Below the pieces are notes generated by a model, which was not told where the DNA came from, searched no databases, and was given only the letters and a program-made list of their open reading frames with translations. A stretch of DNA of 64,000 bases from Diadema antillarum. Its lineage: Eukaryota. How positions within the stretch are numbered: position 1 is the first letter of the stretch; each line of letters opens with the position of its first letter. The translations under genes and the position numbers were made by a program. The stretch spans positions 62,001 to 126,000 of the forward strand of contig NW_027272120.1 in assembly GCF_040938485.1 (NCBI RefSeq), in the 5' to 3' direction. Shown piece after piece: positions 14,101-52,588 of the stretch.

Positions 14101-14680
14101 GCTAGTTTAAAGAAAAAGATATTTGAAGGTTTTCATTCACAGTAAAGTAAGAAGAGGCTACAAAAAATTTTTTCTGGCATTTTGCCCCAGAAATCAATTT
14201 CTTTAAACATCAGAATAAACCTAGAAACACCTGATGTAGCAGGGTCTTCATTTCCTATGATTAGAAACAAAATCATGTGAATGCTCTCACAAAATGCATT
14301 CACCACAGCAACTATGCAATATGTCATTACTGCACACACACACACATACTACACACACGCACACACTTACTGACACACAACTTTTCATCAAGGAATATGA
14401 TATGCTTCTTGTAGCTCCATCTCAGTGATGCAGTCACACATTCCGAAATTACTTGTAGACCCTGATCAATGCCACAGTGACATCAACAAAAGGAAGTCGT
14501 CACATACATGCATGGCTGCGGATACTCCACTGCAAATTGTGTCCTGTGCATATATAGCGCTACCGCACACTGTGGAATTCTCTCCTTTGCCTCCCAGTGA
14601 AATGTCATCTTGGCACTACGTTCATAACTTTGACACGAGTTCAGAACAAACATCTAGCTGGTAGTCCAGGTAAGGGAGGG

Positions 14681-39101
<24,421 letters not shown>

Positions 39102-39284
39102 TTTGTTTGTTTGTTTGTAAGACGTCGAGTTCATTCATGCTCCACCGTGGGAGCTAGCTGAGATCAACCTGGAGGGGCACTCAGCTGGTATTAAAGCTAA
39201 ATTTACTAAACAAACTACCAAAAGCGAGCTTCCACGCCTCAGTCTAAATGGTCCAGATCGAATCAGTGCCAGTGGTGGTTCAAG
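39102..39284. promoter_or_regulatory. Putative bidirectional promoter/5'UTR interval between KAT5 and COQ6
   Basis: Divergent ATGs at 39101 (-) and 39285 (+). A YY1-like CCGCCATTTT overlaps the KAT5 start. Transcription start sites cannot be read from the sequence. Confidence 0.6.
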
Positions 39285-40636
39285 ATGATACATTATATGC
39301 AGAAACTGGTGCTACAAGTCCAACAACGAGGCAGAGACATCAGCAATGCCTGTGTTGGTCTTCATCAGCTGCGAAGAAGGAATTGCACTTGGTTGTCCTG
39401 TAATAGTCCGACACCTTGTAGAAGAAGTACCGTAAACCCGGGGATCAGAAAGTCTGTCAGAGTTGTTTCATCATGTGCAGCTATCCCAGGTGGTCAACCT
39501 CGCCATGGTTGTCGAGGAAGAGAAATGAGTAGCCATGCTGCCAAGAGGAAGAGGCCGATGGTCGGCAGCTGGCAGACGACATCTGAGGATGATCTCTACG
39601 ATGTGGTGATCGTTGGCGGGGGAATGGCTGGACAGGCGATGGCGTGCGCTTTGGGTAACTAAACTGATATCATAATCAGCTGTAAGATAAGAGGTCTAAC
39701 GTATAAAACAACTTCAAAACTTCACAAGTTGTACAACTTTAATGATATTTAATTGTGTGATAATGTCATGGACAAGAGCTCGACCAGTAATTGATCAATC
39801 TAGACGTAGTAGAGTCTACTCTAAGAATCCAAGACAAGATAGTTTCATTTCATTGTTTTGAACTGTTCTTTACAGAGTGTGTCAATAGAATTGTCTTTTG
39901 GAAAGGAATGGTTTTTATTGACCCCTCATAGATGGATGGATTATTCATATAAGGATATGGTCATTGATACTGTCTCTAGACCCGAGTGTAAAAGTGGAAT
40001 TTTTCATGTAACCTAACTTTTCGCACTCAGCAGGGCCACAGGGTAAGATAATTTCACTTGCTTTAGATGGCAAGTTACCTAAATTAAAAACTTTGCTGGA
40101 AGTGCACACCCCCTTCCACGAGTATGAGCATCCAGACTTGTACAAAATTGTAGTTGTATTCGCAATTGTTTGTTAACCTTGTGAACTGTAAAGTGTAACA
40201 TTTAATCGCATGCCATAATAGATCTTTGGAAAGGAAAATCTTTTATTTAAACTACACTAAAAACAATGCTTATGTGTCAAAATAACTCTTGAAGTCTTCA
40301 ATGCGATATTCTTTGTATGAATAAGAAAGAAAACTTCTTTTGATTGTTTCACCTGTGTGAATCACTGCAGGTCAAGACCCAAGGTTGGCTGACCATCGCA
40401 TTCTGCTCCTAGAGCAGGGCAAGCCACCCAAGATGCTTAGTGAGCTGCCTGAAAAGTACAGCAACAGAGTGTGTTCCCTCAACCACAACTCGGTCAAACT
40501 TTTGACAGGTAAAAAGTCATGTTTTCAAATCTTATCTATTTGTTTATTTTAATTATTTTATTGTCCTCATTATTATTTTTCTTTCTGGCAGATAATATCC
40601 CATAATACACTTGTAGGGCTGTTTGTTTTTTTTTCC

Positions 40637-40674
<38 letters not shown>

Positions 40675-41681
40675 TGTTTACCATTTTGCTCCATTTGACA
40701 CTATGTGATAATATCTGAACTGGTGTCAAACAAAGCAAATGTGACAATAATTGAAAGAAGATATGACACACGGTATAGAAGGGTAATACTTGTAATATAC
40801 AGTATACATGTAAGTTCCTCTTTTTTATAATATTTTTGTTCAATGGACAAAACAGGTACTTTTGTAATGTTGTTTGCGATGAAACATTAACTTTACTATT
40901 AAACCAAGTGTGTCAGGTGCTGTGATATAGCCAAACTTACCAGATGATATTTCAGAAATTATTATGAATGGTTCTTTGACAAGGTATTCCATCCAAATAC
41001 TTTTCTTCTTTTTTTTTCCTTTTTGTAAAATACTTGATATATTCAGATAAAGTCTTCCTTGCTTTTTTTCATTGACAAATCCAAAGAGGTGAATTATCAG
41101 GAGGATGATTGGTACCATACATGTGTATGCCCTAAACAAATGATAAAAAAGAATGAAATTCATGAAGAGGGAATTTGGGAATCATACATGTAAGTATGTT
41201 TGATTTTTCCCCAGTGCATTTGCTTTGTTAGTTCACTGTATCATCCCTTTTCTTGTCTTGAATGCTATTGAACAACTACCAGTATTAAACTTTCTCTCAA
41301 TAATAATTCTACTGTTAGACATAGGAGCATGGCAGCACATGGTGAAAGTGAGAGTGAAGCCTTTCCGCCGTATGCAGGTGTGGGATGCCTGCTCAGATGC
41401 ACTCATTGCCTTCAACCAGTCCCCTGACCTGTCAGAAGATATGGCCTACATCGTGGAGAATGATGTCACGAATGCTGCCCTCTTGAGTCAGCTGGATGGA
41501 GTGAAGAGCAATGTTGAAGTGCAGTATGAAAAGAGGTACTCATTTACATGATAGTCATGTAAGAAAAGAAAGTATCATCATCATTTTGACTGAATGTGAG
41601 GTAATCCATCCTTGTGGCTGTAGGACTTATTTTTTTTATTATTATTAATTTTCCAGAATCACACACTACAAGCACTTGCTG

Positions 41682-41715
<34 letters not shown>

Positions 41716-44700
41716 TGGTGGTATTGTCAAGTTTGGTGACCTTAACAGATCAAACTTTTTCAGGGCATTTGGTGCAACAACTCTGCATACAGTGCAGTTG
41801 CATACAATATTTTGTATATGTGCAGAACACATCTATTATCGATGTGGCAGTTTTCCATGGAAATTTTACAAAGTGGTTTTGACTGTTTTAAGTGGTTTCA
41901 TGCAATGTGGCATTTACAGGGTATTTACTTGCTCTTTCACTGCTATCATAGTGAGCTCATAGTAGGGTTTAAAACTAATGTTATGAAAGTAAAATACTTA
42001 ATTTTTCATTTGTGTGTCTGATTATTTTGCACAAGCCATCTGCAAAATTCAGCCCAATCACAGCGTCTGATTGTTGCAGCAGTAAATTGGGATTGTTAAC
42101 GATACATTGATAATATGGACTAAATTACCCAGGGTAGCCTTGTGAGTGTTAGCACCAGGGCTGCCAACTCTCACGCATTGAGCGTGAGACTCACGCAATT
42201 CAACCAATTTTGACCGTCTCACTCTGATAAACGAAATCTCACGCTAAACCCCCAAAATGGACTGTACATGACTACAAAAATAAATATATGTGTATCTCTA
42301 AATTCTCTGATATTCCTAATATCGATATGCCCAAGCCCAAAATTTCGAGATTTTCCCGCGCGGGTGTAAAGCTTAACCAACAATACCAGGGTAATCGTTT
42401 TCGGTTCGCGTGCAGACGAGCTATTGGATTATGATTGGTTTCTACCTATACCACGTGAGCGTAGCTTGTACTTTTGGCAAATTACAGTACATGTATGGCC
42501 GGCTATGACGTGTGCTTTACATCGCTTTACATACACTGACTGTGTACGTAGTACATGTACGTACGTACATACGTACGTACAGCCACACAGCAGGCAGCCA
42601 GGTGCTAGCCAGGATCCGAGGTCACTCCGCTTGCTCTCTCGCAGTGTCTCACACCAAACTCTCACTCAAGGTTGGCAGCCCTGTAACGCTATTCTCCTAG
42701 AATGACCTACCATTGGCAATATGCCAGCATGGCTTGGTATTACAGTAATCCCATAATTGTTTTGATCACTTTGAAAAATACAAGTGACTCTTCTGCCTCT
42801 GAAGATGGAAACACTTGACTGATTGCTTGTCTCCGTAGACTGAGCTCGATCCAGATCCCTCCTCAGGGGCAATTCGAGGAGGAGAGCTGGGCCCAGGTGC
42901 ATCTGGAAGGCGAGGAGAGTGTCATCAAGACCCGGCTGGTGGTGGGAGCTGACGGTGCCAGGTCATCGGTGAGAAGGATGACTGGCCTGAAGCAGCTGGC
43001 TTGGAACTATGACCAGTGGGCTGTGGTCGCCACTCTAAACTTGGCAGAGGTAAGACACATCCCCTCCCGTTCACCCTCCAGTGCCCTCCGCCCCCTGCCC
43101 CACCAAGGCTCAAAACAAGAAATGAATGTACACATGTCTTCTTGAAAACCAGCACCTTTATTCACTCTGGAGCCTTGTGCAATTTCACCTGGGTGTGACA
43201 TACATAAGCTGTTGGTCCCTTTAGAAATGCATTAAGATGTCATTATCTTTGCTTTGCTGATGCAAATATTCAAAGCATGGTAAAATACCATGGTATTTGA
43301 CTGAAATAATGACACAAAATACATTAATTTCTGGTTTGGTTTTGGTTTCATATTATGAATCATATCCGTGTTCAACCTGTGTTGGCTTCTTAGACCATGT
43401 GCCTTATTCATGACAAATTATACCTTGTTGACATAAAATAAGTAAGAAGTGTGAACGTATGATGATAACGTAATGTTCAAACTATTGAGAAGGAAAGATA
43501 TTGTGATTGCTGTACATAATGTATTCTGTTGCTCTCTTGAGTGTTTGAGGTAGTCATGCAATCATACTCTAATGTTCTACCCTCTTGCCTCTTTGACCAT
43601 TTCCATTTACTTACAGCCAACAGAAAACATTGTTGCTTGGCAACGTTTTCTACCATCAGGGCCAATAGCACTTCTTCCGGTGAGTTTGAGAAAATGGTTG
43701 AAAGCCAGCAAAAATTTGGTTGCAAAGTGTGAAATGAGACTTTTTACCAGCTTGAATGTGAACCCTGTTTGTGACCATTTGTTGAGGCAAGCTATAGCCA
43801 TACATTATCTACATGCTGTGAAACAAGTGTTGCTGATGAATACATACGTTTACATTTTTTGATCTCTGTTGAAGAAGCACCAAGAATTCATTTATTCTGC
43901 CATGAACACACCAATGCCAGTATGTTTCTTTGTTCATTAACTGCTAACATCCATTAATTATATGTCTTGGTGTATTCAAATGATATGATATAAGATGTTA
44001 ATTGCCTGTGGCCATTGCATCTGATAAACTGGATTTTGTTTGATGGTACTCTGTGAGTGGGGGTGAATGGACGGGGCATTTGCACATGTCTGGAAACACA
44101 TATCATATCAGGAATACACTCCTTTAAGGAAGACACATACAAACCAGTGATATGCGCAGTTACAGAATGTGTTCAGTACACCCAACCGTGGATTAACGGA
44201 TGCATGAATATATCTTGAAAAAAAGGTTGAACATTTATTAGGAAGAGAGGCTGTCCACTGTGTGAACACTCAAAATTAAGTGCGGTACAATTATTATATA
44301 AAGTCTCTGACATAATTTCATGTTCTTGAGTCCACAACATGGCAGTTAAAGACCAAAAAGGTGGACTGGTCCATGTTAGAAGGTTCTGACTAGAGTGCAT
44401 TTGCATGTGTTCATATATGGTGAAGTTGTCTCGGTCATTGACAGATTGTTCCTCCTGATGTATTTTCATCCTAAACATGTTGGTATTTCATCTTATTTTT
44501 GTTTTTGTTTTACTACGTGCAGTTGAGTGATGACATGAGTTCTCTTGTCTGGTCCACAAGTCCCGACCACTCCAAAGACCTCGTCAACATGGAGGAGCAA
44601 GATTTTGTGGAAGCAGTCAATAATGCTTTTGTAAGTGCTCTAAGCTTTTAGTAACAACTTTACACTATTTCACACACCTTACTTTCTTTTATGCCTCCAC

Positions 44701-47700
44701 CACGAAGTGTCACTGAAGGCATTATGTTTTGATGTGAATGTATGTTAATTATTTTGGGAACTACATTATGTAATTCATACGAGTTTGTGCAGGAATTTTG
44801 TTTCAGTGTGAAATCCCTCTTCTCCCCAAATTATTAGATTTAAAAAAAAAAAAATCATGGCAAAATCACGTCGGGATAATAGAGAGATTCATATAAAGGG
44901 AAGCTGGATGAAAGAGGTCGGACTGCATTTTGTGATTATAACTTCTTGATTGTGATGAGATTATACTTTGTTCATAATTTGATATTTCCCAAAATATTAA
45001 CTTATTATTTTTACAATAGCTCAGCGGAGCACAACATTTCTGCAGTGCAAAATGTTTCACATTGATGAGTATTCCTATGTTATGTTTTTTCAGTCTTTCC
45101 TCAATTCACTCTGAGTATTCTTTATCTATTTATTTGTTTGTTTGTTTGTTTTTATTTCGTTGTTTTTTTTTTTTGGTGGCCATCTTCATCTTATGCTCTT
45201 TGATGTTGTCTCTTCTGTGTTATCATCCTGCCCATCTCAGTGGGATGACAGTCACCACCACCCAACTGTGGATGCCGCTACCCAGCTCTTTGGAGGATTC
45301 CTGTCGGCCGTCAAGCCGGAGGGCTCATCCATCCGCCAGCTGCCCCCCAGCATCTCTGGCGTGGATCCCAGCAGCAGAGCCTCCTTCCCTCTGGGGCTCT
45401 GCCATGCCCCTCAATATGTGGACAGCAGAGTTGCTCTCATTGGGTAGGCTGCCTCCATATATTTGTTTCTATATACTGTATATGCCACATATTTCATGAG
45501 CATTTTATTTTTGTAAGTCAAGTCCTCTCTGCAAATATAATAACGCATGAAAATATTAGCCTTGATCCCAATATGAATTTGACATGCACACATACATTTC
45601 TCCGTTCAGTATTGTACTCATTGGTCACAAATTTAACCACTGGTGAAATGGTTGGAAGTCTTTATTAAAAAAATGAAAAAGAAGACTAGCTATATATACA
45701 TGTATGGCTTATACAGTATTCTTATTCAGCCATTTAGGTGGTGTTTAGAGCTGTCAAAGCACATGGCCTACTTGTATTAGGCTATGACAGTAGGTGGATG
45801 CAAAAGTAAGTTTGATGGACTTAGATTAAGAGCCAAAGCAGTTCAGAGGAAAACCATTATTCAAGATGGTGAGATAGGGTACACCTTGTAGGGATACAGT
45901 AGACTCCCGTTATAACGAAGTCCTCAGGACCGGCAATTTTCTTTCGTTATATCGAAATTTCGTCATAACCGAATGAATAAACAATAAAAATACATAGAGT
46001 TTACAATGTTGTGGCCCTAAATTTAACTTCGTTGTAACCGGAATTTCATTATAACCGTGTTCGTTATAACGGGAGTGCACTGTATAGCAAATGAAAGCCT
46101 ACAGATGTGGGAATTTCAATGAATTAGTACATGTAATTGCATGAGCTGCATGCATTGGACCCACCTGGCTGTCAGAGTGGTGACAAGGCACAGAAAATGC
46201 TTTGTAGACTCTCTTTATTGTAGATGTCATTAGAACTTTGCCCTCAGCTGTAAGCTTGCAAGTTGTGTGGTATTAACCCGTTCAGGACAGACTGACTTTG
46301 CTACAACACAAATTTCCCATAAGGCCCCTGCCCAAGTATACTCGGGACTCGTCCTCGACGGGGTAAAGGTTTATGTGATGATGTTGTTTCAGATTACAGT
46401 CTGCTACATCATTGATCATATTCAGCTAAAGTGATCAAATGATCTATGGACCACCCCCTTCCAGAAAAACAACAACAAATGAACAAACATGTAGAAAAGC
46501 ATAACAAAACCTAAAATATGAAATAACACAGAAACCTCGAAGGTGTTGCAACATGTGGAATCAGCTGCCACCATGTTGTAACAGTGTAAACAGAAATAAT
46601 CCCCATCCCCATCCTATTTTTCTCCTCAGTGATGCGGCACATCGGGTACATCCCCTGGCTGGTCAGGGTATTAACCTTGGCTTTGGGGACGTGACCACAC
46701 TTGCGGAGGTCTTGTCCGAGGCTGCTGCACAGGGGAAGGATTTAGGTGAGCATCTGCCACATAGTTTTTCTCCTAGCAGTCAATCTGTTTTGTAGTTACT
46801 TGCACATTGTGAATTTTCTTAATGAGACAAATGTAGCATTACGTGATGAACATTCTGATTTATGAAAAGCCTTGACATATTTCATTCTTTCTTCTTTCAT
46901 GGACTTGTAAGAGGCAACATTCTAAAATGTGCAAGTAAGACCTGACCAAAGTGGCACTTCAATAATAATGATAACAATTGTGATAATGATAATGGGGGTA
47001 TTTATAGCACAAGTCTGGTCGAGGGAACACATTGTTAAAGTATTTTGGATAACAGATACTATTCACACTTTGTAGCGTACATGCATGTTTGGTGAAGATG
47101 TGTAATTAAGCTCTCATTTCATTTTCCACATAATCAAGGAGTGTGTGGGAACTGTGTAATCAACCACTGAGAATTAAATCCAGGAAACATCTTTCAAATG
47201 TAATTTAACCCGTTGAGGACGAGTCCCGAGTATACTCGGGCAGGTGTCTATGGGAAATGCGTGTTGTAGCAAAATCAGTCCGTCCTAAACGGGTTAATAA
47301 CTATTGTAGGGCTTAAGCCACTACGATATTATGCATCAGTAGTGGAGTCTTTGTGATTTTTTATGTTTTAGCTAATCTGTTTCTTTATTAATTACTTTTA
47401 GGGCATATACTGCAGCATTGAAGCACACCCAAAGCTCAGCAAGTTGTGTATATTTTCCCTTTCAAATAGACAGTACCAATTGTCCTCACAAGATGAAATG
47501 GACTTTCTCCCATTCAACCATCTGAATTTTCCATAAAAAGCATTTTGTCCCTGGATCATACTCCTCAAGCAATATGTCCTGGCGGTTATACTGCTCAAAT
47601 GACAAATCTCAGATGCAAAGACATTATAAGCATTATCTAGTCCGAAACAACCAAAAAAGTTAATGTTTGGCTCTTTGTGAATAATATCCAGGGTCGACAA

Positions 47701-47888
47701 CTCACCTGATAGACTACGAATCCCAGCGCCAGCGCCACGTGGTGCCCGTCATGGGAACCATCGACGCACTGAAGAGACTCTACTCCACCAACAATCCTGC
47801 CGCCGTGCTAGTCCGCAGCCTCGGCCTGCAGGCCACTAATGCACTGGGACCTCTCAAGGATCGCATCATTGCTTCCGCGGCAACGTAG
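39285..47888 (+). CDS. COQ6: Ubiquinone biosynthesis monooxygenase COQ6 (FAD-dependent), 9 coding exons, up to 540 aa
   Basis: Exons: 39285-39654 ([12 protein letters not shown]), 40371-40508 (YSNRV), 41319-41535 ([14 protein letters not shown]), 42839-43049 (LVVGADG), 43617-43679 ([15 protein letters not shown]), 44523-44630, 45241-45443, 46630-46745 ([21 protein letters not shown]), 47692-47888 (stop TAG). All introns are GT-AG and phases match; total 1623 nt. The start Met is uncertain (39285, 39297 or 39525). Confidence 0.95.
42156..42683. mobile_element. hAT-like MITE in COQ6 intron 3
   Basis: 13-bp perfect TIR CAGGGCTGCCAAC and subterminal CTCAC repeats. No intact TSD seen. Confidence 0.65.
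45897..46082. mobile_element. Tigger/pogo-like MITE (copy 1)
   Basis: 23-bp TIR CAGT(AG/GC)ACTCCCGTTATAACGAA with TA flanks. Confidence 0.8.
46273..46366. mobile_element. ~93-bp TTAA-flanked miniature element (family copy)
   Basis: TTAACCCGTT.AGGAC...GTCCT..ACGGG; reverse orientation relative to the 47205 copy. Confidence 0.7.
47205..47297. mobile_element. ~93-bp TTAA-flanked miniature element (best-preserved copy)
   Basis: TTAA-CCCGTTGAGGACG...CGTCCTAAACGGG-TTAA. Confidence 0.8.
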
Positions 47889-49639
47889 TGTCTGCATCAT
47901 CCAGGTCTTGTCTCTGACAAATAATCCTCTTGTTTGGACTACTTAATACCCTTTATATAGAGTGCTGATTGCCACAGCAAAGTCCTACATTCTGAAAGGA
48001 TGATCGAGAAGTGTGTGCAAGAAGGAGGAGTGAATAGCATCAAGATGTTTTCCACGATACATGGATTTTCATTCTGTCCATGGGAATGTGCGTTAGAGTG
48101 CCTCTGCCCCAAAGGGTTCCCAAAGTATTGTGTATTCCAGACTGAAGTTGCATCTCTTTGAATTTGAGCACATCATGAATGATAAATTTGACAAGGAGCT
48201 CCACTATAATATATGATGCAACATTTGGTACTCTGGGGTACCAAATGAGAATTCGGCATTTTGTTGAATTATTTTTTGTCAGCGTTGAACCCTGGGTTAC
48301 TAAAATGTGTAAAAATAATTTTTAGTACTATTTTGCATTAAAAATGTTTTTTTGTTTGTGATTATGCAACAATAAATACATGCAAATAATAACTTTTTTT
48401 CTCTCATTTACATGCTCTGTTGAAATCTTCACTGTTTAAAAGTTGATATGGAAGGAAAATCAGCATTTGAATCGTTATCACCGCGCAGATTTATGCCGGT
48501 GCTGATGATGAGAAAATAGTCACCATGACAACATACACAACTGTATGATGATGGACATGAGATGACACTGCACAATGCCATACCCTGGATTACAATGGTA
48601 CCCCGGTGTATGGTGTGCCGAATCATATCTGAGATGCATTTTATGTTTCTAGCTGTAGCCTTTCTTCAGGGATGCAGGATAGGAAAAGCCTGTCCAATCA
48701 AATCGCAGAGGATATCCTGATTTACAACATACCGAAACTCTGCTATGGCTCTGCAGCATCATCAAGCAAAGCTTCAATAAAAGTGTAAGCTTGTGAGATT
48801 TGTAATGACTGTTGTGGTGTCATAGGAACAGGCAGCACATAGATTAGAAGGCATGACGGTGAAATTGTTCAAAGGATTTCATTCTCAGTCAGCACTGATC
48901 TCAGGTGATATGATAAAGTTTCCCTGACCTCATTTTTACAAAGCCATGTGCTGGATGGAGATAAGTGTTCACTTAAGTCAAGATGGTTGTACATTGTAAT
49001 TATCTGTGGTCATTTTGCGAAGCAATTACAAATGTTGAAGAAAAGATTCTTGTCAGTCTTATGATACCAAGCGTGCGACTTTGAATGTCAATGTTTTGCA
49101 TAGTACGTACTTGTGAGTGGTGTGCTGTGTTTGTTTGAAAAGAGATGTGTACTGCATGGGGATGTGGCATTTTCTACATGCCAAAATGACACAACTTCCA
49201 GCGCCAAGGACAAAATCAACAAGATCGCTGCACATTTATGTATATTTATTATTTAATATAAGATAGATTTCATATTGTTCATCAAGATGTCTCATATCAC
49301 TTCATGGAATGTGAGCTCACATTACCTATGTACATTACCATATTACTGTCCACAGAAACAGACTTGCAACATATATGTACATTGCTATCTGAAGTCATGA
49401 GTGTCAGTAAAACATTTTTCACGATATTTCTTTGATCTATCACAATTATAGTGAAACTGAATATGATTTTACAAAAATCCATTACACCAATGACATTGAA
49501 TCGTGAAATTCAGTTCCTTTCTAGTAGACATTCATGGTGTAAAAGTGAGAATTTTCCCCACAATCAATACTATTTTCTGTTCAGTTGAGTTTGATAAACA
49601 TTATATCTCGTCATACTGTGTATTTTGTTTTCCACATTA

Positions 49640-49816
49640 CAGTGCAATCCCGTTATAACATACACAGTTACAATGAAAGTCCGGTTACAATGAAGTAAAA
49701 ATTCAGGCTGCAACATTATCCGCTCTATCTTGTTTATTGTTCATTTATTCAGAAATGTCAATATAACGAAAGAAAAGTGCCGGTCCCGAGGACTTTGTTA
49801 TAACAGGAATCCACTG
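49640..49816. mobile_element. Tigger/pogo-like MITE (copy 2, inverted)
   Basis: Runs CAGTGCAATCCCGTTATAAC...GTTATAACAGGAATCCACTG with TA flanks; homologous to 45897-46082. Confidence 0.75.
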
Positions 49817-50772
49817 TATGTGCAATGACTTCTCACCACATGATCACAAGCTCCTATGCTCATGACTGTGCCGTAAATTAGATTTTACCCTAAATAGACC
49901 AACAATGGAAGATCATTGAAAATACATTAAACCTTGCACGAGTAGACATACATTGGACAGGGGAAAATTCGTTGACAGGAGAGAATGTTAACATGAAACA
50001 CACAATACAATTGCTCACACAGAGCTGCATAATCAACTAGCTTGAGTTGTTGATGAACACACGTATAAGAATGTAGGAGGATACGACCTCCAGACACATA
50101 CGACACAGAAAGGCACATGTCTTGTAATGTAAATAGATTAATGCATTTACAGAATGAATGTTATGATTAGCTATGCCAACAACCTTTCCTAATGTCTTGA
50201 TTACACCAGTGTATTGAAGTGGTGTTTCCACTTTCATAGGAAACCCTCAGAAATGATAGGAGATTCATCTGTTTTGTCTTTCAATGGCAGTAAAGAAGCA
50301 ACAATACCTGCCAACTTACCACAGAAACTGTGGTTACCAAAACACTTAGTCCGACCACTATGCACTGTTACAAATGCATCTTATACATGTAGCTTTACCT
50401 CAAGGCAAACCATCAGAAACACTTCTTTTCCTTTACCTCTAGGCAATCGTAGGTAACAAAAATAAATTAGATCATATGGAAACTATTTTCCGACGTAACA
50501 GTGATGGCTCATCAGGCACTCCAAACAATAAATGTCACATAGATATCCTGAGGTCAGTACATTTACTAAATTCTACAGAACTGCTTTAAACACAGTACTC
50601 AAGTAGTTTGCTCCACCAAGTTAAAAGAAATTGTAATAATGCAGTTGCTATGAAAAAAACCCAAAAAAACTCACTGGACACTCAATATACTTTGCATATA
50701 ACAAACTTCCAAGTCACCACATGTACCCAGTTTTCTAATGACTGCATCATGAAGCAGCAGTGTGTTTTAATT

Positions 50773-50784
50773 GTGTGTGTGTGT

Positions 50785-50817
<33 letters not shown>

Positions 50818-50857
50818 TGTGTGTGTGTGTGTGTGTGCGTGTGTGTGTGTGTGTGTG
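50773..50857. repeat. (GT)n microsatellite
   Basis: Direct reading; a few interruptions. Confidence 0.95.
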
Positions 50858-51194
50858 AAAAATTCATTTTGAACTGATGGAGATGGTGTGAACATCACAA
50901 TGATAATATGTAGTTTGCAGAATGTTAATCAAGATAAAGCCTTCAAGACTTTGTGGCCACCATTCACAAAAGTAGTTCATGGTTTATGCAGGTTTCTTCT
51001 GCATAAATGCATATGACAGCTCGCATGTGCAGACAGACATCCAATAGTGATTTTGTGCTGAAACTCACAAGTGAGAGGTATGCCTATTTTGCACTTATTT
51101 TAGCCCATGGATTAAATTCAAACCATGAATTTGATATGAACTACCTTTGTGAATTTTGGCCTGAAGTTCTCCTCCAAGTTTACATACAGCACAT

Positions 51195-51357
51195 CTGGGC
51201 CCCATTTCATAAAAGATGTTAGGATGGCAACTATTGCTGGAATGGCAATTTCCCATAGCAACAGCCAATCAGGAAGCTGGATTCTTGTCGTTACCATGAC
51301 AATTGCTGTTCCAGCAAGAGTTGTTATTATATCAACCTTTTATGAAATGGGGCCCAG
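51195..51357. mobile_element. Short MITE (copy 1)
   Basis: TIR CTGGGCCCCATTTCATAAAAG; a homologous copy lies at 59779-59939. Confidence 0.7.
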
Positions 51358-51680
51358 CTGCACGCAGGGGATCAATACAAGATGGGAAGATGGCAAAATG
51401 TAATCGCTCGTATGCAGGATCCTAATGGCAATAGTTATTTGGTCAGAGACCTGGCACCCTGAGCACTAGGGAGAAGTGGGTGTGACTATTTGTCAAATTA
51501 AGTAAGGAAACGTGCAAAAACAGAGCCATTAAAAAGACCAACTTTGAGGGCATGACTCAGAAAAGAAATATTTTACCCTCTTAAGAGCAGAACAACATGA
51601 TTATTGTAGTTTTCCCAAATTCTCATTGTTTGTCCTTGCCATTCCATGTCTCTGTATATCATAGTGCCAATAGAATACTG

Positions 51681-51781
51681 TTAACCCGTTGAGGACAGAC
51701 TGATGTTGCTACAACACGCATTTCCCATAGACACTTGCCCGAGTAAACAATGTTACTTGGGACTCATCCTCAACGGCTTAA
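51681..51781. mobile_element. ~93-bp TTAA-flanked miniature element (family copy)
   Basis: TTAACCCGTTGAGGAC...CATCCTCAACGGCTTAA. Confidence 0.7.
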
Positions 51782-52364
51782 AGGGGAATTCCAATGCAGC
51801 TGCAAGTTAGTCTGAAAAGGAGTACAATTTTCTTAGCAAAATAATTACGATTTGATCAGTATCAGATGAAAAATAAGTTTTGATAATTTTTCATTAAACA
51901 ATTCTTTAACAGTCAATATGAATATGCAAATAGTGAAGCGATGATGTCATCCCCTCACAACTTGTCATATAGTTTGTACATAAAATTTCAACATTTCCAG
52001 TTTTTCATTCCAATGAAAATACACTCCAGTCTCAAATCCTGACACATTGTATATCTTACAGATCATTATTCTGAAGTTATTCAACCAGGAATAACATAAT
52101 ATATCACATATTAATGACAGAAATATTGAATTTTCATCATTTTTTTTTACATGATCAATGGAAATTGTGAGGTGAAAATATCATCAGCTCACTCATTTGC
52201 ATATTCATATCAACTGTACAAGAACTGTTCTGCAGAAATGAGCGAAACTGCACAATTTTATAACTTCCCTACTTTTTATCCGATTTTGCTTAAATTTTTA
52301 CTGTTGTACTCGTTAGATTTTATGTTCTTATCAGACTAACATATAACTGAACCGGAATTTTTCT
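51782..52364. mobile_element. Kolobok-like non-autonomous element
   Basis: TTAA at 51778-51781 and 52365-52368; imperfect TIR AGGGGAATTCC / GGAATTTTTCT. Confidence 0.55.
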
Positions 52365-52588
52365 TTAACAATAAAACGATACAATAATATCAATATGAGA
52401 TAAATGTGATAGAGAATGATAAAATCATGAAAATAAATATAACAATAAATGTTGGCAATCGTGTATACACTGATAAATTTTTGCATAACTTGCAAATAGC
52501 ACGTGGACAAGGTTTATAGAGAGTTCTGTGATTACTTAAAAAGGATGAACGATTTGGATGGTGCATAAAGCGGGACGGCTCAGTTGTG

